DNA of 64,000 nt from positions 192-64,191 of the forward strand of contig CAYMVO010000005.1 of the NCBI GenBank assembly GCA_964393975.1, read 5' to 3'. Positions 57,701 to 64,000 of the stretch are shown in pieces. The notes beneath the pieces are model-generated. The model made no database searches. It saw only the letters and a program-made list of their open reading frames with translations, and was not told the DNA's origin. Every line of letters begins with the position of its first letter. Position 1 is the stretch's first letter. The DNA is from an uncultured Lachnospiraceae bacterium. GTDB taxonomy: Bacteria; Bacillota; Clostridia; Christensenellales; UBA1242. A program made the translations under genes and the position numbers.

Positions 57701-59398
57701 CTTTTGAGCGTCAGTTAATGATGTAAAATCAATCTTTGTACTTAAATCAGCAAGTCCACTATCAAACTCATCCTCACTTGTGCTACAAACAGCATAAAAT
57801 TTGATCAAATCATAAGTAGGAGTAGCACTATTTTTAGTAACATTTTTGATGTAATTATTTAGATTGATGGTTTTAGAGTTTTCCGGATCTATTGTAACAC
57901 TAAGCACACTCTTTGAGTTATCGTCTTTATTTATAGAAATCTCTACATTATCCGTTTTAGAAGTCCCTTCCGTATAGGTAATATATTCGGTCTCAACAAT
58001 ACCCACCTTAAAAGAGAAATCTTTTGATATGACTTTACCATCATTAGGATTTACAATGTTTAGAGTAATTTTAAATAAATCACTCATATTGTCTTTTATT
58101 GTTAATGTGTAATAATACTCCTTTTGATCGTCGCTTGCAGTCTCCCACTTATTATCCATTATCGGTCTTAGATATTCATTACCCAAATCATCGGTCAAAA
58201 CATCAGCTCCAATCTCTAAAACATCATTTTCATCATCACCTAAATTTGTAGTCAAATAGATATCCTTAATCTTGTCAAACATATCTTTATACGACATACC
58301 CGTTGCGGTGTTAGGGTTGACAGTAATATCAAGATTTATACCATTTTCTTTTGCTAGTTCCTCATCAGTCTTATTTGTCCTTAAATACAACTTAAATGTT
58401 TGTTTGTAAATAACACTGATTTGATCCACTTCGCTAGTAGTAGGATAGTTAATAGAACCAATGCTATCAATATCTATCTCGCAGACATTATAGATTTGCT
58501 CCTTAACCACTTTCATACGACTCAGCTTCTCGGTCTCAGTCTCTTGAGTAACAATCTTTTCTTGCTCCTTATACGTATCGAAAGCATACGCCACGACTTT
58601 AAACCTACCCGTCTTTAAGACCTTGATTTTAGTCTTTTCTTCATTTAACCATTTAGCAGTCTTGACGGAGTCATTATTCACATAGATAGGATTTTCCACA
58701 TCTATCCAAGTATTTCCCACCCCTGGTTGCTCAAACTCAAAATACAACTTGTATATGTATTGTTTGTTCGCTTTTGAAACAATAGGTGAACCTTCGCTTA
58801 CGGCACTAGGATTTACACTTTTGCTAGGTAAAAATGTTGGTGTATATAAATCAATTACTTGGTTTACATGTAAAGTCTCACTAGTATTACTAGCGTTAAT
58901 TGAGATATCCGTTACTGGTATATCAATAAACACTTGACAGGTGTCCACACCATATAAACCGCCATTCGCTATAGCAGTAATTGTCGTAGCACCTCCATAA
59001 GGCAACCCACTTGCAGTCTTTGGTATCAACACTTTGATAGTTTCCCCGATTTGAGCGGTCTTACGCTCCAAGCGAACTATAGAAGAATCCGCAACAGACA
59101 AATCTACATCTTTTACGGTTACATTATCAGGTTCCGCCGTTATTTTTATCTCAAAGTAGTCAATAATCTTTGGCTTGCCGTCCTCACCTAACACTATATC
59201 CCCGTTTTCATCATACTCGTAAATGTCAGGTTCGTATAGAGTCTTTTCAAAATGAATCGCTTTTGGCGTCACTACTATAGGATCAAAAGCACCTGTAAAA
59301 TACATTGTTCCAATTGTTATAGCTATCACGCCGACAAACGAACTTAAAATAATACTTATAGTCATTATAAGTGACTTTTTTAGACCGATATTTTTCAT
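45767..59398 (-). CDS. Giant (4543 aa) N-terminally anchored, beta-rich surface protein; domains not recognisable by eye (some Big_2/Ig-like looking segments)
   Basis: A single uninterrupted 13.6-kb ORF with RBS GAGGAG 5 nt before the ATG. The N-terminus MKNIGLKKSLIMTISIILSSFVGVIAITIGTMYFTGAF is a signal anchor. The sequence is T/N/S/V/Y/D-rich with no long exact internal repeats and no C-terminal LPxTG. Confidence 0.85.
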   Translation of the reverse strand: MKNIGLKKSLIMTISIILSSFVGVIAITIGTMYFTGAFDPIVVTPKAIHFEKTLYEPDIYEYDENGDIVLGEDGKPKIIDYFEIKITAEPDNVTVKDVDLSVADSSIVRLERKTAQIGETIKVLIPKTASGLPYGGATTITAIANGGLYGVDTCQVFIDIPVTDISINASNTSETLHVNQVIDLYTPTFLPSKSVNPSAVSEGSPIVSKANKQYIYKLYFEFEQPGVGNTWIDVENPIYVNNDSVKTAKWLNEEKTKIKVLKTGRFKVVAYAFDTYKEQEKIVTQETETEKLSRMKVVKEQIYNVCEIDIDSIGSINYPTTSEVDQISVIYKQTFKLYLRTNKTDEELAKENGINLDITVNPNTATGMSYKDMFDKIKDIYLTTNLGDDENDVLEIGADVLTDDLGNEYLRPIMDNKWETASDDQKEYYYTLTIKDNMSDLFKITLNIVNPNDGKVISKDFSFKVGIVETEYITYTEGTSKTDNVEISINKDDNSKSVLSVTIDPENSKTINLNNYIKNVTKNSATPTYDLIKFYAVCSTSEDEFDSGLADLSTKIDFTSLTDAQKVPYLLERNIYGVLIAGGEYDGQTYASGILTMLRDVEVNIYAVLVQTDYEGNEIQYAQSGTYTYKYTYLKLDVQTILKEVAVRIVEEKNESIEDVVDYTLLENNEYKLYIRPVYNGEDVDINVLARVIDEISIKYLDKQTAKSAQIQLDSALYKTLDDYYCIDFSIPKSSLADYGKHVTFEVYYGENNCVGSSAEYAIKDTSVKSVKLNVKSEDQTTKKTFVYRASVANSTVVWKEIYYVNGSENEGGEFDYSVAIDGQNTNYNLVSSDAEYIAIKTINGKQMLDFKKATKDTGVTIRAVSAENDQIYDEITIILRALTGSYKTTSALSNEGIDVKDGELYQNGATYSKEVYYGQTANVLDMVGYYYNGKENSGLVELSFLTTTNSAIIANVDGENGLTKRGDVKFVKNVASSEIVTIVLTSEFDDVLYVRFALKNNLKVELDLSKAYNEYINSDSASSSTQNQAVVSRWNGVDYITFVHKSDNKVTFKGTYINVTAVNGSSTNNISNIYYRVDQSNYVTIGSSTGIMTYNNFSGKAVTSPTLATIRVYEKDENGAEVFSKSFEVLLVPDILTKYIEEDVGGVTRRVYLAGEYDIDTSSSYTVELGSEDKVVKLLKESETNEGLMFAKDFAGNFVARPAITFEITQEVQIATYDATEKSLTISSSKVFTELVINVKMTYTAYSTKYVFDRVITVIPYYELSIINENKDEDGRFIIHKNETKTLYDCLTIANSSTLKDAISFGEPNQSKYYVVLYEKGSKSAYLTGLNYSGDDTASIEVFINNIATGIILEVKVLQDVGEGDYYKTNDGFNNESNPYSVNCNSLVALNEVYSAKTYNGQSDLELSIKAYRIDDLGAGVSEYTEVPFAYLEGGYIKFTQVADTVKLKIQATPEGLEGVEPLCAYFSLSAGQKLTLTYPIEENKLVGLGLDKDAMINSFNSLNIATLTSDKFDTLGYLEMESGESVDLSEYIEAVNIVESEKTNINNKLSFRVLELDYDDTSWSDSTKLSLDVSKNATNISISATSDIKIPTLIWIAITSEGGLFDIYSVYIMDNSTVNNIDNVKINLQYSNPSNIIETDKTFECLDASGGGNEQRLDIFGTNVSATKGSRDYTSGLYMYIIQKSDVTCYIEDNVLKYSGAIERAKISIGFYTSYYNSKEQFKDITYNIYFTSGYVINKLEDMTNLTYDGATNPIYKIEDYLTVVKIDGSKVDNLSYTYEAFNGENKENKVDYTKVVTTTTTTTGEVGFQLTNLADIDGTKFVVTACVNGTAIANAEYTFMLYPTPAVFYNANSEVNSKDNPLILNQSVNSKVTLLKTGGTKAYSLNQTQFGGGEITSLSCKDTNGDTSSLLKIEELTDGFTLTLESDVATRVDLIIKVKITFTDYIKYENYYVAILPNYICVTNKAISENVAQDSVYSLEDYNVFDTNNDMYIILQEYKDGGYQTISLSKATVFTIEVEDEKVTNGVFTPKAVSKITKKKVSVKNNGSEVCAYFIAILPNVNYISSDTSEVKPAEFEDDVTTFELTNYLSIDFIDPNISSTLTNAEGDVDLGKILSKGYTIEDSNEDVTITSENDKYIVDFSNVMASEDMVSQVYIKLGNVTVCTVYYKIKKNYSFEVNTNLNKMYASQSLDLNYLGDSFSGSDGTKIVGGTSAFSLLDNTDKVEVVSNTLKVKAGISISETTTVRILVTYTVDKTIYTGITSVTVMPDYSIESKASSSDYILLEKIETTTTEDTTSSSGVLRSAVVNNETIDSPLNREDKILTIGSDKYNFDISQYIQTTKYGYPVDGVSGLYVTINQVGTYENIYSMTITYGSGKVVLLLMLKETNDNVYHYSPANEILRKTSAGKDLDLDTINGEFYIEKTENGETTKVKIDGTTTFVSVFGDNSGIATIENGCLKINKDVFADTEVYLLVKLTDELGKEYFGFTTVIVRKSIQFNFSASDNINGIESAYVGDKLALKDYISTIRNNPLFETEGLIYDFSVISAVDSQGKNNAQKPTINQNCVIDFSNSAVGDIVIVDCVIKIKSKGDDIDKLSLAFRIVGEKALFVHNKTLVTKKVNDTLVLSDFGTIEGFDDNSTISFKCLDKRVTLGENNKITRANVLQTVESQIQLCVGGKYYAIGRILVEPSGVYSAVASRFDLVLDTGGNGTFDLISNAIKKPDGLKEDSYKIDCVLYDNLSSEIGTVSISKTDSENNKTVSISKTDSKNVKIEYLSLTSSGKLSIFNAVEGFRVHVSITYTLNNTMNLVVFDLVAVTQATETTTYSVSLWKGNEDVSTIELMSGSQISILNNKNDAYYLSFTNVTETSYTVDILSNGYLNIEKTNNKWTISVDENLRGSETISTSFDIVLNITGLGVKCVKNVKVTITPLTYTIPSGVNVISETNNGAELSVSEGDSVDLENFLDEKFYNSAKETENSDYYKGGVFLCYKGAVDNNTKGYDYVKTYTLKNGKTFTLTIHVMLRNDFSISDNIDNEYSSNVNITPTFTLSSMQGRSYDLKIEKIYSDSTNVKFKNNKLTIDCALKDMTYGLVAKLKYGERIFTHAFSITVNKTSSESMTEIYTKAGFVSKGEPFTYTKSLTIYKPSGGVESTNVTQEDEKGVFDKVGYIYEIDGEYYIVKDKYELSYKINSIYTLNRLYFGVTYTVGSKSIRANSYSIVSGISDVTIEEDGTGACDVVCSNKNGGEVWVKCTGTDSSSNRPLVAFVEIEFPSTFPTFETLGDCLKEINDREFELDFSAFTDFDVEVKVDSETINGNGGVYTIEREESGSLSDGKYYLVLKEQTISVTFKSGEQSKLYTFVIPEKELSTLSLSQKVSAISNTSIYKFDNANRKIDLKEIIKGTIDNNTIVCNDCEYSVENGNEYVTINDNVTEAYLYLEYAPISSGKLENNKNCIIHFIINPATTKKIIEKDNVLESYDINKINKLFSGSTQVSINDVFDAIKSELGESVDLNDVSVFVANAEIVSSSDSKSISFVKKAYSYVITINFITKVEASNEITITNNLLYVYINADLSKKVNSDKFITVTVDDNNDIDALNKLKTASSINESDARDVLNQYLKTKQSTTVSAFKESDLYYRFECYDKDNNEWYTVYLDFVFNYTKAQTTITLDAGISDMSLKDKLTNWIGGYYSNDNIIYELSNGKKVAFEKYKITSPLSIYGKNKITTLKATLFGNVILDATINIVVTPTGYTNTNFTKESKTNSVGVFTITTTTYTDGWGETYTTNSVDGKYDAIENSWYKYYLPNGVVLNSNTEYNISKLIEVYELQYSNNIFTSSKLEDYEVTINDKNKNGVEYENGILTTKSLLNVTDITVTIKYNEQSTPITFIILPIEKPAFTVEETSTNSNYINLTANTSFDIGAKEVFDAVNSGMTLTINDIKVDLNSSTELDIASETKTEDNTASASTMKLSIKPSINSITYNVDEEGRLVYVVRYVLTDVVGNTLEYITNLETNGIKAQEFVFTPSSEIIEIESNASRYVALSQIGSYVLVKDEVAMIDELDILSQGTLVDYSLQYEGAEAVINTNAPKTIYANDVLADTYIQVTVKVEYNDTVYLGYIVVLIKASYDISVTESMRYIEPDSTIDAKELIKVTQSGIDITSTLKFGTEFSETDGIDGVTISCENIETGEDDENVTISGSDIRFLDGSAGNKYRIVFNYSYKGTKNVYTNSCVVSVSEIVYDFERKGEALALYSSQSIDLTSFLATFLDKDGKLIDATVYKFELVDKDGKLIDATSCIATITGSKLTVKDIFNNSIQILKITLSKDNKTYVGYMDVNCLATYEVKDIMIGGKPANDTCTAEAIEENGTVNISYSIYNSWLNKPSTTNNFSTTIKVNGGLDKDNDMVKNEDGTYTFKANKSLAGTTVTIEFIITAEKSGDTTSFVVNVPVNARKVLLIDETPNVLNYSLNTEGGMSINEIIKLARGADIAPTDFDVVCDIAKGEFTYDKNTGVLKITGISSNMECKITITDKLNGSSVTYTCIVIKN
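46523..46600 (-). repeat. In-frame 51-bp-period duplication inside the giant gene
   Basis: The 27-nt exact repeat AGTCGCATCAATCAATTTTCCGTCCTT starts at 46523 and 46574. At protein level it reads DKDGKLIDAT...DKDGKLIDAT. Confidence 0.8.
51084..51154 (-). repeat. In-frame 39-bp tandem duplication inside the giant gene
   Basis: AGAATCAGTTTTGGATATACTAACAGT and AGAATCAGTTTTAGATATACTAACAGT lie 39 nt apart. At protein level it reads VSISKTDSENNKT VSISKTDSKNVKI. Confidence 0.8.
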
Positions 59399-59455
59399 AT
59401 TATCTCCTCATTGTACATTCAAATTATTTTCCGTAAATTTAGTAAATTTTATACT

Positions 59456-60361
59456 TTAACTAAGAAACTCCCAAATCAAAGAATTCCTACCCACAAGCGA
59501 CCTATCAAACTCAATATCCGACTCGAAAATCGTAAGGTACGCTCCCGCTTCAGCATCATTTTGCGCTATCTTGCCCATTTCATCCAAATAAATAAAAGGT
59601 TCGTACAAATGTGTTGTGTCTATACAGACATCCGCCATTTTTTTGTACGGAGTGATATATTTTTGTTCACCCTCTATGACACCTTGCCACATTTGTTTCG
59701 TCTTAGCTACAGAAGCACCGCGTTTATGGTAATCTCTTATAAGCCTTCTAAAAAATCTAAGCATTGCAGGTGTGATAACCTTGTACTCACTAAGAAAATA
59801 ACTATTAGTATATACATAAAGTCTAAACACCCTATCCCGCATTTCATCGCTTATTATATCAGGGTTAAACGCGTGTATCCCTTCAATAATAATAACGGTA
59901 TCACGAGTTATAGTGAGCTCGTACACATCCTTTCGCATCTCACCATTTGCAAAATCATACCGAGGCATCTTGCTTGTGTCGTGCTTAATTAGATTGTTTA
60001 CACATTCTTTAAACATATCTATATCAAGAGCATTAATGCTTTCATAATCAATCTTTCCATTAATCATTTTCCTATTTTTTGCACTGATATAAAAATCATC
60101 CATACTTATCACGACACAAGGAACACCTTTCGCTTTCAAAACATTTGTAAGAAGATTAGACGTAGTAGTCTTTCCACTAGCACTAGGTCCCGTTATCAAA
60201 ACAATTCTGCTATGCGTAAAATCATTTATCACGGAATTTGCTACGCTTAAAATCTTTCTACGATATTCACTCTCCGACTCCTTTACCACCGCTTTGGGGT
60301 TGACTTTTATCTTTTCAATTAATTTATCATAATCAATCTTTATCTGTTTAAAATCTCTCAT
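59456..60361 (-). CDS. Uridine kinase-family nucleoside kinase with an N-terminal extension
   Basis: 301 aa with P-loop ITGPSASGKTTT, MDDFY, IIIEGIHAF and RRLIRDYHKRG motifs. Confidence 0.6.
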   Translation of the reverse strand: MRDFKQIKIDYDKLIEKIKVNPKAVVKESESEYRRKILSVANSVINDFTHSRIVLITGPSASGKTTTSNLLTNVLKAKGVPCVVISMDDFYISAKNRKMINGKIDYESINALDIDMFKECVNNLIKHDTSKMPRYDFANGEMRKDVYELTITRDTVIIIEGIHAFNPDIISDEMRDRVFRLYVYTNSYFLSEYKVITPAMLRFFRRLIRDYHKRGASVAKTKQMWQGVIEGEQKYITPYKKMADVCIDTTHLYEPFIYLDEMGKIAQNDAEAGAYLTIFESDIEFDRSLVGRNSLIWEFLS

Positions 60362-60611
60362 TAATATTCTGCCTCTATAAATTATTATAAAAATGGTTAT
60401 GGCTGAATTATTACTATTAACGCCTTATACAACCCCAACAAAAAGATTATCCCTTATTTATAAATACAAGTTGGTCCAAAATCTTTTTTAAATTTATTTA
60501 CAAACCACAACTATATAATACTATAAACTAAAAAAAATAGCAAATCAAAATTGCTTTTTTTTACAAATATTTTAGTTTATCTAAAATTCTATATGAATCC
60601 TTGCAATCTAA

Positions 60612-61022
60612 TCAAGGTGTTTCTTTTGCGGGCGCAAAATATTTTTTTGTTGTTTTTAATATAGGTTTCTTTTTCTTTTTAAAAATTTGCACAAACTGAT
60701 ACACGCCTAAGCACACCAAAAACACGCCAAAAAGGACACTCAAACACTCAGTACTTATTAACTTTGTTAGATATGCTCCACCTATCGCGGTTATCAATCC
60801 CGACACCGCCAAAATCCAAACATCCTTATATTTTACTAACCCACTCTTCATCTGCATTATAAGAGCAATTATTGCGGTAGGTAAAAACGCTACTAAATTT
60901 ATACTCTGAGCATTTAATTGCTCAAAACCTAAAAACACGACAAGCATAGGTATCAAAAGCGTTCCGCCACCCATTCCCATTCCGCATATAACACCCGCCA
61001 AAATTCCGATAATTATCGACAT
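60612..61022 (-). CDS. Half-size TauE/SafE-family membrane protein (second half of a split pair)
   Basis: Track start is 61028 (GTG) with an ATG at 61022. 4 TM segments and GMGGGTLLIPML are present. Confidence 0.55.
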   Translation of the reverse strand: MSIIIGILAGVICGMGMGGGTLLIPMLVVFLGFEQLNAQSINLVAFLPTAIIALIMQMKSGLVKYKDVWILAVSGLITAIGGAYLTKLISTECLSVLFGVFLVCLGVYQFVQIFKKKKKPILKTTKKYFAPAKETP

Positions 61023-61068
61023 ACGCACCGCCTAATTTTAAAAATTTAAAAAACTTAAAATTACAACA

Positions 61069-61437
61069 TCAAAACATCATTCTCACCCCAGCACCTATCA
61101 TAACAAGAGCAAAGATAAACTCAATCACCTTTGATTGTAATTTTTTTAAAAGAAAACTACCGACTATTCCACCTAAAAACACGCTAATTATAATAGGTAG
61201 CCCACCTTCAATATTTAAACTATCAGTTGTTATATAAGTAATTGTACTGGCTATACTTATAGGTAATATTACAAAAATTGCCGAAGCGTGACTCTCTTTA
61301 GTATTTAGCCCCAATCTCTTCATCGCAGGGACAGCAATCATTCCACCACCTCCGCCAAAAAAGCCGTTCACAACCCCCACTGCAAGTCCAAAAAGTGCTT
61401 TTTTTAGGTAGTTACTCTTATTTTTTTCTCTTTTCAT
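61069..61437 (-). CDS. Half-size TauE/SafE-family membrane protein (first half of a split pair)
   Basis: 122 aa with 4 TM segments and GGGGGMIAVPAM. Confidence 0.55.
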   Translation of the reverse strand: MKREKNKSNYLKKALFGLAVGVVNGFFGGGGGMIAVPAMKRLGLNTKESHASAIFVILPISIASTITYITTDSLNIEGGLPIIISVFLGGIVGSFLLKKLQSKVIEFIFALVMIGAGVRMMF

Positions 61438-61469
61438 ATAAATATTATTAGTAAATAGTGAAAAAATAT

Positions 61470-61498
61470 TTGCAATCTATCAATTTTTGTAGTATACT
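61470..61498 (+). promoter_or_regulatory. Sigma-A-like promoter for the large secreted-protein gene
   Basis: TTGCAA, a 17-nt spacer, then TATACT. The leader is about 150 nt. Confidence 0.45.
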
Positions 61499-61649
61499 TT
61501 ACGCGTACTTACGATTAACGAACTTGTCTCGTTTGACTATATATTTAAGGATTATATATAAATTTATTCAAATAGTCTTGATTTTTTTTGAATTATAATT
61601 TAAACTAATCATAATCGTTTTTTAACAAAATAATTTACAAGGGTGAAAT

Positions 61650-64000
61650 ATGAAGAAACTTAAATTAAAATCTAAAATCTTTTGCTGTGCTTTATGTCTA
61701 AGTTTGGGCGCAGGTATGATACCTAGCATAAGTCTACCTAAGACTTACGCCTACACTCCGACCTCTTCCATTATCTCTAGCGGTGAGTTTGACACTACTG
61801 AGGACGAATTTCCTGCTAGTAGTTCAGATTGGAGTAGCGCTACAGGTAGTATCTCAAATAGCACATTAAAGAGCGGTATTATCTCTACCGACTCAGACAC
61901 TTTTACAGCCAATCAAAAAGAATATGGTTTAGGTGCCTTACCTAATAATGTCACGACTCCTAACAATTATGTTTATATGATTAATAGCGGGACGACTAAC
62001 ACGCGTAACGGTATTTCAAGTAAAGAGTTTACTTTGGATGCTAATAGTCATTACATTATTAGCGTAGATGTCGCAACTAGTTTGCCAGTGTATGAAGGCT
62101 CAGCGACCAAAGCTATTGATTCGGTAGCATCAATTTATTTAAGTGGCGGTGATGTAGATGATTCATTCACAATGATAAACACTAATGGTGCGTGGAAGAC
62201 TTACAATTTTTACATTACTACTAACAGTTTTGAGTCCGCTAGTGTAAAGCTTGAGATGTGGCTCGGCGTTAAAAATGTGAGTAGCAGTGCAGGTGCCGTG
62301 TTGTTTGATAACGCAAAAGCAGTCAAATACGATAACAAAGAGTTTTACACTCGTGTAAATAGTATTAGTTTCACTGATGAAACAAACAAATTTACCGATT
62401 ATTCTTTGAGCACTACTGATTTGATTACAAACGCTAATTTTGAGGATGCTACTTTATCAGGTTGGACAAAGACTAATGCAAACTACAATATGAGTAAGGT
62501 GTTTACAGGCGTCACTCCACTAAATAATAGTTTTGATAGAGAATCAGTCGGTGTAGACAATCCGGGGACAGATCTAATATATGGGACCACCAACGCATTA
62601 TTTATCAACAATACAGATATCGCAGGTGTTGCTTATACTAGTGATAAGTTTACTATAAAGAGACAAACATATTATAAGATTTCTATGTATGTCAAGACTG
62701 TAGATGTAGTAGACGGTGGTGCTACTATTAGCATAGTGCCTGAGAATGAAGATTTGAGCGCTGTGACATTTAGTAGCGTCAAGACCACGACTTCTACAAA
62801 CTCCATAACTAATAATTGGACAAAATATACGTTCTACCTACTAGGTAGTCCATTTGGGGATGAAAATGTTAGTCTAAAGCTTGCTTTGGGGGATGATACT
62901 ACTGATACAAAGGAAGAAGATTTTGAGGACAAACTAGTAAAAGGCGCTGTATTCTTTGATGATATTCAAGTGTATGAATTAAATTACAAGCAATACACTT
63001 CTGCTAGTGAGGACAGTTACAACAAGAAAGTAAAATTATTTACAGATGGTACTTCTAGCGAAATTACTAATGCGTTCTTCAACCTTGCTGATTCAAACTA
63101 CGAAGGGACCTACCCTCTTTCTCCTGCAAGTTGGACAATAAATAACGATAATACCTTGAGTGGCATTATAAGTACTAACAAGACACATTTTAATGCTAAC
63201 AAATCAAAATACGGTGATTTATCTTTGGAGGACATTGGCTTCACGCGATTGCAAAAAGATACTAGCGATAGTGCAGACAACAACATCTTGATGATTAGAA
63301 ATGTCAACCCTGATTTTACCACTTATACCAGTGCTAGTTACACTTTGAGTGATAGCACCTATTACAAGCTCACTATTGACGCTAAGACCTTGTCTCTAGG
63401 TAAGGCATACATTAAGGTAGTAAGTGGAGATACCACCCTAGCGACTTTTAATGTAAGTAGCGAGGATGATTGGTCGACTTACACCGTTTACTTCAACAAT
63501 GTGTTTGGTTCAAAAGACATCACTATTACCTTGGGACTTGGTAGTGATAGTGAAAAAGCGAGTGGTTACGCATTCTTTGATAATATCATAATCACTTCTA
63601 GTACTTCAGATGATTTTGATAACGCTAACACTAACGAGCAAATAAAGAAAATTGATTTTAGCAAAGAAACATTTAGTTTATTAAGCACTGAGAAAGACGG
63701 TATTTACACTCGCCCTAGCAACTGGTCTATTGATTTGAATAACAATCTTATCAATGCAGGTGTATTAGAGGGAACGAGCAACAAACTCGCAATATCTAGT
63801 GCGGATACTGATGTTGATGTAAGGTTTACATCAAACCTCACCTATACTTTAGATAGCACCAAATTCTACACTTTAAAAATAAAAGTATACGGTGAAGGAC
63901 TTGAAAACCTAGAGGAAAGTGGTATAAACTTTGGTATTGATAGTGAAAATAAATTTACAAACTTGACTCCTAATGAGGAGAGTGAATATATTTTCTATAT
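61650..64000 (+). CDS. Large secreted protein made of tandem ~200-aa CBM/jelly-roll-like modules (5-prime part; gene runs off the right edge)
   Basis: Absent from the ORF track because there is no stop in the window. Manual translation gives MKKLKLKSKIFCCALCLSLGAGMIPSISLPKTYAYTP... (signal peptide). Modules end in GAVLFDNAKAV, GAVFFDDIQVYEL and GYAFFDNIIITSS, each preceded by W(K/T)xY.F and L.LG patterns. Confidence 0.7.
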   Translation, partial: MKKLKLKSKIFCCALCLSLGAGMIPSISLPKTYAYTPTSSIISSGEFDTTEDEFPASSSDWSSATGSISNSTLKSGIISTDSDTFTANQKEYGLGALPNNVTTPNNYVYMINSGTTNTRNGISSKEFTLDANSHYIISVDVATSLPVYEGSATKAIDSVASIYLSGGDVDDSFTMINTNGAWKTYNFYITTNSFESASVKLEMWLGVKNVSSSAGAVLFDNAKAVKYDNKEFYTRVNSISFTDETNKFTDYSLSTTDLITNANFEDATLSGWTKTNANYNMSKVFTGVTPLNNSFDRESVGVDNPGTDLIYGTTNALFINNTDIAGVAYTSDKFTIKRQTYYKISMYVKTVDVVDGGATISIVPENEDLSAVTFSSVKTTTSTNSITNNWTKYTFYLLGSPFGDENVSLKLALGDDTTDTKEEDFEDKLVKGAVFFDDIQVYELNYKQYTSASEDSYNKKVKLFTDGTSSEITNAFFNLADSNYEGTYPLSPASWTINNDNTLSGIISTNKTHFNANKSKYGDLSLEDIGFTRLQKDTSDSADNNILMIRNVNPDFTTYTSASYTLSDSTYYKLTIDAKTLSLGKAYIKVVSGDTTLATFNVSSEDDWSTYTVYFNNVFGSKDITITLGLGSDSEKASGYAFFDNIIITSSTSDDFDNANTNEQIKKIDFSKETFSLLSTEKDGIYTRPSNWSIDLNNNLINAGVLEGTSNKLAISSADTDVDVRFTSNLTYTLDSTKFYTLKIKVYGEGLENLEESGINFGIDSENKFTNLTPNEESEYIFY

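Overview
AT-rich, densely coding chromosomal segment that looks like an endospore-forming Firmicute (Clostridia-like). Spore-related content: a GerAA/GerAB/GerC germinant-receptor operon, yyaC, cwlD, a CotS/APH-fold kinase, and a BclA-like collagen protein next to a Cys-rich mini-protein. Housekeeping genes: a type IIA topoisomerase pair (ParE/ParC-like), thrS, alaS, a ValRS-like ligase, typA, dnaB, dut, cdd, punA, rsmE, cls, a YbiT-like ABC-F, an RlmA-like methyltransferase and a cysteine desulfurase. No tRNA, rRNA, CRISPR array, transposase or integrase was seen. Five items deserve a second look. (1) A 19-codon Cys-containing ORF with a strong RBS, missed by the ORF track, sits between a radical SAM/SPASM enzyme and a kinase-fold protein, which suggests a RiPP-like operon. 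(2) An AbiEi/AbiEii toxin-antitoxin module is bracketed exactly by two near-identical ~300-bp direct repeats. Each repeat reads on the minus strand like a small structured RNA gene (promoter, GC-rich hairpins, intrinsic terminator). (3) A single 13.6-kb gene encodes a 4543-aa N-terminally anchored protein. A second large secreted protein of repeated CBM-like modules runs off the right edge. (4) An archaeal-type SipW signal peptidase sits beside possible cognate substrates. (5) A 21-nt motif is shared at the same distance upstream of two otherwise unrelated sigma-A-like promoters. All coordinates for hairpins, promoters and refined starts were derived by eye, and nothing was searched against databases.
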